A stretch of DNA of 64,000 nucleotides from Rebecca billardiae RCC1528 (Eukaryota; Protista; Haptophyta): contig OZ251234.1 of the NCBI GenBank assembly GCA_965240325.2, positions 1,488,001 to 1,552,000 of the forward strand. Direction: 5' to 3'. Shown one piece after another: positions 1-12,874 of this stretch. The translations under genes and the position numbers were made by a program. The notes beneath the pieces are model-generated. The model saw only the letters and a list, made by a program, of their open reading frames with translations. It made no database searches and had not been told where the DNA came from. Every line of letters starts with the position of its first letter. Position 1 is the stretch's first letter.

Positions 1-1113
1 CTCGTCCGCAAAGACGCACGCGTCGTGCGTGAGCGCGACCTCCACGACGGCTGCCCCCGTCACGGAGGAGAGCTGCACGCTGTCCAGCCCCGCCGCGCGT
101 GCGCCGATGGCGATGAGGCCGTCCTTGGCGGGCAGGCAGAATATGCGGCCGGCGGCCCCGCCGCGCAATTTGGCGAGCTTCTTGGCCACCTCGGGCTGCA
201 TGCGGCACCACGCCTCTGCCCGCTGGAAGCCGTCACGTTCCCGGCCCAGCGCAGTGCAGTCACCCAGCGAGAGCACGGGCGTCTGGCTAAGCTTCGCCAC
301 GGGCGGCACCCACGCGCAGAAATGCCGCAGGTGGCCCGGGTGCAGTCGGCTCGTCGGCGTGACGTTGACGGGCCGGCCGCGCTGGTCGACGTCCGCCGCG
401 GCACGGCAGAACCTGCCGATGGCAGTGCTGCGCGGCATCGACGCGGTGCGGCCGAGGCTGACGTGCACGCCCGATCCGCGCACGGCGTACGCCCAGCAGC
501 CGTACCCGACCCCTTCCGGGAAGACGCGGGGCCACTCGTGCAGCACCTCGACCCGCGCGCCGCTCGGGCTGAGCAGCGCGACCTCGGGCCAGTCGGGCTC
601 CCGCCTCGCCGGGCGCGCGCGCGAACGAAGCGGGTGCATCAGGACCGACGGCCTGGCGTGCTTGACGGAGATGTGCGGCGCGTTCGAGAAGTAGAGCCCT
701 CCACACGTGAGCGATGGGCTGGCACCCTTCTTCGTCGCGTTTGTCTTCACACTCAAAGAGTGGAACACGGTGAAGCGCGAGACATCCACGCGGCCGACCG
801 CCTGTGCGCCATAGATCGTGCGGACGTAGTCACGCCAGGGCGCCCACGCCGCCTTTGCACTCGCCGGTGTGGGGAGTGAGGCCGCGAATGCGGTGGCCAC
901 GGCGCAGCTGTCCAGGAAGTACGTGGAACGCCCGTCGCCCAGCGCAGACAGACACGCCCCCGCGTGCCATCGATGCTCGGCTGGCACGCCCCCGTGAACA
1001 GCCGACGTCAGCAGAATAAGAGCAGCACGGCGCCGCCATAATTGCGCCATGCGCACGCCGCCGTCGTGCACGATACTCGACCTCGGCTGCGGGAACAGCG
1101 CGGTGCTGCTCAT
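1..1113 (-). CDS. Hypothetical protein, 3' end runs off the window start (alternative start ATG at 1050)
   Basis: Hand translation gives an open frame from ATG 1113 to position 1 with no stop. It reads ...WAPWRDYVRTIYG...RVEVLHEWPRVFPEGVGYGCWAYAVRGSGVHVSLGRT...ARAAGLDSVQL...EVALTHDAC. The + strand ORF 29..694 looks like its antisense shadow. It is absent from the ORF track because no stop lies in the window. Confidence 0.7.
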   Translation of the reverse strand, partial: MSSTALFPQPRSSIVHDGGVRMAQLWRRRAALILLTSAVHGGVPAEHRWHAGACLSALGDGRSTYFLDSCAVATAFAASLPTPASAKAAWAPWRDYVRTIYGAQAVGRVDVSRFTVFHSLSVKTNATKKGASPSLTCGGLYFSNAPHISVKHARPSVLMHPLRSRARPARREPDWPEVALLSPSGARVEVLHEWPRVFPEGVGYGCWAYAVRGSGVHVSLGRTASMPRSTAIGRFCRAAADVDQRGRPVNVTPTSRLHPGHLRHFCAWVPPVAKLSQTPVLSLGDCTALGRERDGFQRAEAWCRMQPEVAKKLAKLRGGAAGRIFCLPAKDGLIAIGARAAGLDSVQLSSVTGAAVVEVALTHDACVFADE

Positions 1114-1301
1114 GCTCGCGCACGCGCTGCCACACGCGCGCTGCGTCGGCAGGCGCGCGCCGAGGCGCGGTCGTGCCCGTTGGCTGTCTGAGAGGTTTTA
1201 TTTCGAAAGAATTAATTGATGCTATTTGCCGATATGATCGGCTACGCCGATCCTCGGGTAGTAAACAACGAAGTTGAGGGCGCACGGCCCTGACAGTAGT
1301 T

Positions 1302-2378
1302 GGGAGAGCAGGGAGGTGTCACCAAACCGAGCTCAGAATGAGGAGTGTACAGAGCTAAGCGGATGTACCATGGTACACTTTGGTACATAATTGGTACACT
1401 ATTGGTACACTATTGGTACATGTAAAGATGTACCAAGTGTACCAATAGTGTACCAATAGTGTACCAAAGTGTACCAACGCATCCTGACAATGTACCAAAT
1501 GTCATTGGGTGTACCATGGTACATTTTGGTACATCCACATAGCACATGTTGGTACATTACCTGATGTACCAACTCCTCCCAAATGTACCAACTCGTCCGA
1601 AGAATGTACCAATGTGTCCCAACCGGATGTACCAAATGTACCATGATACCATGTGTACCAACCGTCCCCCAATGTACCATCAAATATCAATGTACCAACT
1701 TTTCATGAATGTACCAATAGTGTACCATCATCGGCGATTCAGAGCTGGTACACTTTCCTGGGTGTACCTGGTACACCCAGAATCCCTGGTACATCGGGGG
1801 TTCAGTAGATGGTACACTCGTGCCGGAGTTGAGTACACTTTTGGTACACCCTGCTGGGCCGAGTTGGTACATTCAGCGGAAATTTGGTACACTTGGTACA
1901 TTTTCAGGACGAGTTGGTACACTGTTGGTACACCCTGGACCAAGTTGGTACATTTCGCGGAAATTTGGTACACTTGGTACATTTTCAGGACGAGTTGGTA
2001 CATTTTTTGGTACACCCTGGGACAAGTTGGTACACTTTGGGGAGCAGTTGGTACATTCAGGGAGGAGTTGGTACACTTGGTACACTTTTTTGTGCAAACT
2101 GGTACATGGTTGGTACACGTTGGTACACTCATGAAATGTACCAAAGTGTACCATTTATGTACCAGAGTGTACATGGTACACCCAATGACATTCGGTACAT
2201 TGTCAGGATGCGTTGGTACACTTTGGTACACTATTGGTACACTATTGGTACACTTGGTACATCTTTACATGTACCAATAGTGTACAAATAGTGTACCAAT
2301 TATGTACCAAAGTGTACCATGGTACATCCGCTTAGCTCGGTACACTCCGGTTCTGAGCTCGGTTTGGTCGATCTACCC
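1302..2378. mobile_element. Foldback/Mutator-like non-autonomous element built from TGTACCA/TGGTACA subrepeats
   Basis: GGG...CCC termini; perfect 10-bp flanking direct repeat GACAGTAGTT (1292-1301 and 2379-2388); ~200-bp near-perfect inverted arms (1321 to ~1518 and ~2172 to 2368); dozens of GTAC cores. Confidence 0.85.
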
Positions 2379-2509
2379 GACAGTAGTTGTCGCGTTCTTC
2401 ACCGAATCACGATGCGCGCGCGCGCCCGGCGCGTCGCCGTGCAGGAGGCGCGGGCGCGAGTAATCGACGCGATCGACGGCCTCGGGGGGCTGCGCCGTGT
2501 CGCGGCTCT

Positions 2510-3900
2510 TCATTCAGTCTTCACGCAGCCGGCTTGCCCCTCGAGCGCGCGCACGCACTCTGACTCGGCGGTGTCCCACGCCCACAGCCGCACGACCGCG
2601 TCGCTGTCGTCGCCCGCGCTCGCCGCGACGCGCCCGTCGGCCGAGAGTGCGACCGCCTCCACCCAGCCGGCGTGCGCTAGCAGCACAGCCTCGCACGGCC
2701 CGCGCGCGGCGAGCAGGGGCGCTCGCGCGCAGTGCTCGCGCCCGCGCGCCCAGCTGGCGCGGGCGGCCGGGTGCGCGGCGCGCGGCGCGCGCCGCGCCCA
2801 CGCGGACTCGTGCGGCGCCGAGCCAACCGGCTGCTCGAGGCACAGCGCGAGGCAGCGGCCCGGCGCCGCGGCGGCGGCGGAGGCGCTCAGCCGCGCGAGC
2901 TGCAGCCAGTCTGCGACGCGCGCGCGCAGCGCTGCAGCCTCCGCGCGTGCGGCCGCGCCCGGCTCGCCGCCGCCGCCGCCGCGCGCGTCGGCGTCGGCGA
3001 GCGCCGCGGCCGTGTCCGCGAGGTCGCGCACGTACTCGGTCTCGAGGCCGTGCCGCGCGCGCGCCTCCCACCCGTCCGCGCCCGCGTCGGTGAGCTCGCG
3101 CGCCGCGTCGGCCGCGCGCCCGGCCGCGAGCAGCGCTTGCGCTAGCTCCTCGCACCGGCGCACATTGAGCACGGCGGCGTTGCGGCCGGCGAAGGCCGAG
3201 GCGCGCGGCGGAGAGGAGCAGGGGCTGCGGCGCGACGCGCCGCCGCCCGTCCTCGCCGCCGGTGGCCTTCGGGTGGCGCAGCGGTTTGGCGGCCTCGCCC
3301 GCCCACGTGCCAGCCCAGAAATCCGCGAGAGCGTGCGCGTCGGCCGGGCGGGCGCACCGTGCCGCCGCCGCCTCGGCCACCTGATGACGGTGGTACCAGC
3401 GCAAAGGGCCGTCGCCGCCGGCGAGCAGCGAGCCGAGCGCGTCGCGCACGGCGAGCCACACGGGCAGCCGCACCACCGCCGGCACCCAGAACTCGAACAC
3501 GGACGCCCAGCACGTCCTCGTGCAGAGGGAGCGAGTCCTCCAGCTCGGCACTCGAGAGGCCGCGGCGCGACGCGCAGATGGCGCCGCACGCACGAGCATC
3601 GCGCCGTGCAGCCGCTCGACGCGCTCGAAGGTGGCGGCGACGGCGGCGCGCGCGTCGGCGGGCAGGTGCGCTGGCGGCGGCTCGCCCGAGCGCCACTCCG
3701 CCGCCGCGTCGGCGAGCAGCACGGCGTGCAGCGCGCTCGGCGTCTCTCCGTGTGCCGAGCGCACCGCCTCGGCCTGCCGCGCGTCGAGCGTGCGCCCCGC
3801 CGCGCCGAGCCGGCCTCGCACCACCGCCTCAGCGTCCGCCGCCGAGAGCCCGCCGAGCTGCAGCGCGGGCACGCCCAGCTGCGCGAGCCGCGTCGCGCAC
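2510..3900 (-). pseudogene. Frameshifted fragment of an NWD1/NWD2-like (NACHT-WD40, TEP1-related) gene
   Basis: Pieces in three frames join into an NWD-like sequence: FERVERLHGAMLVRA / ICASRRGLSSAELEDSL / VFEFWVPAVVRLPVWLAVRDALG...LRWYHR / LNVRRCEEL / WD40 repeat AHAGWVEAVALSADGRVAASAGDD..VRLW. There is no start, no NACHT P-loop, and it lies inside element G. Confidence 0.7.
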
Positions 3901-3969
3901 CCGTAACGGTAGCCGCCAGCGTCACCGCCAGCGTCACCGCCAGCGTCAGCGCCCGCGAGTCGATCTGCG

Positions 3970-4150
3970 CCAAAAGGACAGAGTCAAGAAGCGTGTCGAG
4001 CGGCGCGGTGGAGAGCAGCGCGGAGTAGCGCACGCGCTCGCCGCCCTCAAGCACCGCCTCGTGCTCGTGCGCCGCGAACGAGCGGCTCGCGCCGCCGTCC
4101 TCGCTGGAGCCCGACGTGACGACGCGGCTCCGCGCGCGCGCGCAGCCGCG
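3970..4150 (-). pseudogene. Short fragment resembling an FAD-dependent oxidoreductase (UDP-galactopyranose mutase/PPO-like)
   Basis: VLEGGERVRYSALLSTAPLDTLL resembles the G..v.Y..L.ST.PL..L segment of that fold. It is joined to the NWD fragment by a 12-bp unit (GTCACCGCCAGC) in 2-3 copies. Confidence 0.3.
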
Positions 4151-5362
4151 CAAGCACCTGGGTTTTTTTCGAGCACTCTGTCCCTTAAGTGCGGCAGCTC
4201 AAAAAATGGCGTTTCGCTTCAAAGAATCATGTACGTATAAATCAAGGGACTTAACCAAATAATAACCTGCTTGAATCGCTGTTTTTGAAGTGCGGTTCTC
4301 TTAAGAGGAGAGGGATGCTACTAATCTATGTTCCCGTGTATTACTCGTGTATGAATCAAGGGTTATCATTATCAAGGGGCTTAACAAGGGGCTTAACCTG
4401 ATGATACCCGCCACTGAGAAGCGACGGTTCATGACATCATATCGCGTGCCTAGGCGTTTTTGATTAGGCGAAGATCTAACAAGGTTCATTTCGCGGGTAC
4501 CAATAGACAAACGAGCCGCGATGACGAACGTCGTGCCATAATACGTTGATACTGAAACGTTGTTTTTGAAGTGTGGTTCTCTTCCAGAGGAGAAGGATAA
4601 TTGGAGACGATACTTTACTCTTTGAATTGGAATCAGCAAACCAAGAGTGTATATCAGCAGGAGAATCACGAACGGCCCACCATAATTATCAGAAAGATGC
4701 AGACGCCTTTGTCCTATTCGAGTTCGATTTCTTCTATTACTTACTATCCAAGGATTAAGGAGCAGTACAAACGCAATCATGAGCAGCGATATCGAGTCAA
4801 ATGCGGATTTCACACCTAAATCCACCTACAAAAATCCCCCAAATCCTGCGCGCATCCTCTTTTTTGATTTTGCGGAGCACGTGCGCCGCCCCCCCCGGCT
4901 TTCGCTCACGCTCAGACCTTTCGGGGGGGGCGTGCGCCATTATGTTTTGATCTAATACGACCTGATGGCTGATTGCGACGGCGGACACTGCGCGGACACG
5001 GAGTCTCAGTATGTGTCTCAGGGACGTCACGGGCCATCCGACGAGGTCAGACAGTGCGCCGCCCGCGGCCCTGCCCGTTTATCATCACTATCAGCCACCC
5101 GTGCGCGCGCCGCCCATGGCGAGCGGGCGCGCGCACGCCGCGAGAATAATGGCCGAGCCGATTGGCTCACGCTGCGACCGGCGACTCACGGACTCAGCCT
5201 CTCCGTGTCCGTCACTGTATCTCAGACGACTGTGTCTGTCACACTCACAGACTGGCAGAGTCACAGGCGAGCCTAGGGGGGGCGGGGGCGTCGGAAAGAC
5301 GAAATTGGCCCACGAGGCGTCAGGCCGGCCATTGTGGTACACTCGTACTCCTGGCTGTCGCC

Positions 5363-5812
5363 TCAGATCAACACCGTGCCGTGGTGCTCGTAGGCATCTC
5401 CCAGTGTCTCCGAGGCTGCCAGGCCGCTCGTCGGGCTGACGTGAGGAGTGGGTCTCGCGGCGCCTTTCGGGTCTGGCCTGACGAGGCGGTGTGGCGGGCA
5501 CACAGCCAGAATTCGAGCAAGCACCGTGCTCCCAAGAGGCTCATCGAGCTCTTCCCGCACGTCATCGATCAATTGCTGCCTTGAAGCAGCGAGGGCCTTT
5601 CGCGTGACGTGCACCTCCTCAAGCGACTCGCACACCTCGCCGAGTTCGAGCTGCAGTTGCAATTTGCGCTCGAGGAGCTGATTCGAGCTGCTTTCGAGCA
5701 CATCTCCCGCCGAGCGCAACCTCTCCGCCGTGCGCAGCAGCTCGTCAACGCAGAGCTGTGCGAGGCGTGGCACGTCAGCACGGCCAGCCTGTTTCGGTGC
5801 GCGAGCCGCCAT
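5363..5812 (-). CDS. Small coiled-coil hypothetical protein (149 aa)
   Basis: MAARAPKQAG...LAQLCVDELLRTAERLRSAGDVLESSSNQLLERKLQLQLELGEVCESLEEV... shows a heptad-like L/E pattern. It is divergent from the LC8 gene. Confidence 0.55.
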   Translation of the reverse strand: MAARAPKQAGRADVPRLAQLCVDELLRTAERLRSAGDVLESSSNQLLERKLQLQLELGEVCESLEEVHVTRKALAASRQQLIDDVREELDEPLGSTVLARILAVCPPHRLVRPDPKGAARPTPHVSPTSGLAASETLGDAYEHHGTVLI

Positions 5813-5888
5813 CGTGCGGCTGCCGAATGGCAGAGTGGCAGGTGGTGACCGTTTTCGATTGGGCCCTCGAGCCGCGTCGGCGGCAGCC

Positions 5889-6366
5889 ATGTCGGGCCAA
5901 CCGAAGGCCGTGATCAAAACGGTCGATATGGCCGAGGTGCGCCGAGCCATATGTGCGCGTGTGTGGGCACGTCTTGCCCCAGCCACCAGCGTTGGTTTTG
6001 CGCGTGGCTTATCGCCTGCGCGCGTGCCTGGCGCACCCGCGCCTGCAGGAGATGCAAACAGATGCGATCGAGATTGCCCAGGACGCGATTGTGCAGTTCA
6101 TTGTGGAGAAGGAGATGGCGAACTTCATCAAGAAGGAGTTCGATAAGAAGTACGCCCCAACATGGCACGTCATCATCGGGAAAAATTGGGGAGCATTCGT
6201 GACACACGCCACAAAGTGCGTTTGCATCCGCTGCACGTTACATCCGCTTGCTGTTTGATGTACAGCGGCGCTTATGCCCGGCGAACCCCCCGCCCTCGAC
6301 GCGCGCAGAAATTTCATCTACTTCTACTTGGGTGACATGGCGATCCTCATCTTCAAATCAGGATGA
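5889..6366 (+). CDS. DYNLL: Dynein light chain LC8 (DYNLL family), join(5889..5936,6049..6215,6309..6366), 90 aa
   Basis: Two GT-AG introns. The spliced product is [90 protein letters not shown], with the LC8 signature ([9 protein letters not shown].PTWH...G.N.G..VTH.TK.FIYFYLG..AIL.FKSG). Confidence 0.95.
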
Positions 6367-6779
6367 GTTACCAGCGCTTACGTTGGTGCGCCTGACACGG
6401 CTGCTGTGTTCCCTCGCCAGAATCCGAGGCTGCAGCTGGCGGCCGCACGGGTGACGTACGTGCGTCACAGGCTGTGACCTTTTCACAGCTCGACGATCTG
6501 TCTGGCAATCGACCCAGTGAGCCACTGGGCCCGCGGCCCCGGACTGCATCAACTGTTCAGATCGGAGCTCTCCCCCCCGCAGCGACGGCCGCCGCGGTCC
6601 GTCCGCTCCGCCGCGGGCCGCGGGCCGGACCCGGCGCTCGTCGCCGTCGGCTCTCAGGCACCGAGTGCCGGTGCCCGCCAGGCGGGCTGGGCAGGCGGCC
6701 GGAGTCACTGCCCTTAGAGCCTGAGTCACCGCTGCCTGAGCGGCCTCGAATCGTATATACGACTTCGCGCGTACGTATT

Positions 6780-10322
<3,543 letters not shown>

Positions 10323-10455
10323 AAAGTAATAACGGCGCGTATCAACCGCGTGGCGCTGTCCGCGTGCTCGGCGTCGCTGCGGCGAATGACTGATGGCCGA
10401 TACGGTAGTAGTGACTGATGCTACTTTACTGAGACTGATCGAGTAGTACCGTCTG

Positions 10456-12145
10456 ATGGCCCGCGGTGCAGGGCGGAGCGCGCAGCGTGGAGCCCGCACC
10501 AGCGGGCCCGAACAACGTTTCAAAAAGATCTTTGATCAAGAAAAAAGGGACGGGGGACGATTTTCATGGCTGGAGGAGACCGAGTTTCGAATTTTGAGAC
10601 CCTCTCTAACATGCATCACCAGCATCACGGCCGAAAAAGGTCGCGCCCACGGCAAGTTCATAGTAAAGCGTGGAGTGACGCCCGTCCAAAAAACTTCACG
10701 CCCTTTAGGATCCCTAACGTAACGAACCGTTACAAGCGATTTTTCCGGCCAATGAGATTGCAGCAAGGTCCAAGGAGCGATGACGTATCTGAATAGAGAT
10801 TGCCGCGAACCGATGTGACCATGTACGTCCCTTGAATCAGTTGAATCAACTATTCAATCGCGCCGTGTCTGTATCAGGAGCCGACGAGGCAAGGGTCAGT
10901 AGCCGATGGGCCAACCTCGGCGAATCTCAATACTATCTGACGCGAACGGACTTGGTTGGGCGCGCGCGTGGCCCCGGGCGGCGGCCCACCAGAGGCGGCC
11001 CGCGTTTGGAGGCGAGCCACGGGCACGAGGCTCACGAGCGAGCGACCGACGGGTGAGGACGGCGATGGGCAGGTGCGCGCGGCGAATGGCGCCTGGAGCG
11101 CGCGGCTGCGGCGGGTCCCGACTGCCGTCGACATCGCGTTCGTCGTGCCCCCGCTCACTCCGCGCGCCCCCGCCGCCCCTGCCGCCCTGTCGATGCCTCG
11201 GCGCGGCCTTGCGCGGCCCCGGCGCGTCCGCGAGCCGGCGCCGCAGCCGCCGCCCTGTGTTCGGGCTCTCGCAAGCTCGGGGGCAGCGGCGCCTGATGCC
11301 GGACTGATCGATCTCTGAGCCTTCGACTTCACCACGCGCCGCCCTTGCCATGCCTTTCCGGGGTCTCCCAGAACTCTTCTTGATTGAGAGAGAGCAGGCG
11401 CGCCGACGATCCGAGTCCATCGTCGGTCGACTCTGAGCGAGGGCTACGCCTCGGAACTGAACGGTACTCTACGAGGAGGACGAGCTGCGCGGGCGACGGT
11501 GGTGCGTGACGTCCCCAGAGCTGGCCGTGCCTCTGCAACGCGTGCCGAGCCTGATCGAGGTGTGTCAGCTGCCCGTGCACGCGCGGCGAGTGCGCGAACC
11601 GGATCACCGGTGCCCTCGCACCTCGGCACCGTGCTCCCTCGGGCTGTCAGCTCCGCGTGGCCTGGCGTGCACGTAGAGTTGCGCTCATGCGTCGATCACG
11701 CCTCGCGCCCGCCTGTCGGCCGTCGCGCAGGCGCTGGTCGAACCCTACTCGGACCCTACTCCTCCAGCCCTACTCCCGGGCGCTGCCGGCGCGGGGGGTG
11801 ACCCCGGGGACAGCGGTCAGCAGCAGCGGCCCGAACGAATCCGCGGCCCCGCACCGTGCTCCCTGGCTGTCAGCTCCGCGTGGCCTGGTGTGCACGTGGA
11901 GTCGCGCTCATGCGTCGATCACGCCTCGTCGCATCCGCCTGTACACAATCGGCGCCGCGCGGCGGCGGCTGCAATGGGCCCGCCCGGCGCGGCGGGCGGC
12001 GGCGCGCCGCTGATGCCGATGGAGTCTAGTTGTACGGGCATATGCAACTGGTCTGTCAATAGACGACTGCGACGGAGGGTGCACCGCCACCGCGGGCCCT
12101 GAACTACGTTCGTTCTACGGAAAAAGGACCGCGGAACGCGGTCAT
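10456..12145 (+). mobile_element. Non-autonomous Helitron2/Helentron-like element, copy C
   Basis: Same termini. The body ~11040-12145 is very similar to F ~56750-57834 and homologous to A ~7330-8407. Confidence 0.85.
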
Positions 12146-12874
12146 GTATATACCGTATTATTATTCCGCTATCCGTATCTATGAGGCCCGCGCCAGCCTG
12201 TGAGGCTGAGCGGCTGAGTCAGAGACAGAGTGAGCCGCTGCGACGGTGCTGATGCCAACGGTGCCAGTCAGCAGAGACCAGAGTGTCTATGACCGGCCGA
12301 GTTAGACGACTACGACGAAGTAGTCACTACGATGAATATGCAGCAGCCGCTGATAATCAGGATATCATGATGACGACGATTATTGAATGAATGAAGTGGC
12401 TGACGGAAGGGCGAAGGCGGTACCTACCGCGGCCGCAGCCGGGCCGCGGGCGCAGCATGCAGCGGGGGCGATGTTAGACAGTATACATGATTACATATAT
12501 ATAAATACGCGCGCCTGCTAGCTGCGTCATAAGTATATACAGCTACGCGGCCTGACGCCGTTGTTATGACAGGCAGACCGAGACTGAGGCGGCTCGGCCT
12601 GTCGTCCGCCGCGGACTCAGCCACCGAGTGCTGGCCCTGACTCGGAGTTGTCACTACTGATAACACTTAACGCAATAATAATATTATCACTGACTACATT
12701 CTACAATATTCTGCTGACGATAATGTCAATATGATGCTAGCTTATTATATTATATTACTAATAATTATAGTGCGACAAATACGACTACTAATAATACTAT
12801 ACTCGTACTGAACGTCAGTAGTACGAGTAGTAGTGATGATCATTTATTCAGCGTCTAGCCGCAGCGAGCATATT

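Larger units (their letters stand above)
1234..4940 (-). mobile_element. Non-autonomous Helitron2/Helentron-like element, divergent subfamily (copy G), carrying captured gene fragments and a nested foldback element
   Basis: On the minus strand the 5' end is ATGGCGCACGCCCCCCCCG...CGGGGGGGGCGGCGC (hairpin), followed by AAAATCAAAAAAGAGG...GGGGATTTTT. The 3' end is CGTGCGCC (inverted copy of the 5' GGCGCACG), then CTCAACTTCGTTGTTTACTACCCGAG, then GATCGGC-GTA-GCCGATC-AT. The layout and spacing match copies A-F. Confidence 0.7.

Noticed and set aside
1321-2368. CRISPR array or W/Y/T/H-rich proteins
   Set aside because: The repeats are ~7-bp cores without unique 30-40-bp spacers, there are no cas genes, and the context is eukaryotic. 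TIRs and a TSD explain the region.
4301-4825. 174-aa AT-rich ORF
   Set aside because: Non-ATG start, atypical codon use, no motif; it lies in the 5' module of element G, which also has an internal ~37-bp duplication (4281/4562).
10456-10722. Repeated small ORF MARGAGRSAQRGARTSGPEPRFKKIFDQEK
   Set aside because: It is the element's 5' end. The ATG is formed at the boundary, and copies B, D and F carry indels that break the reading while the hairpin survives.
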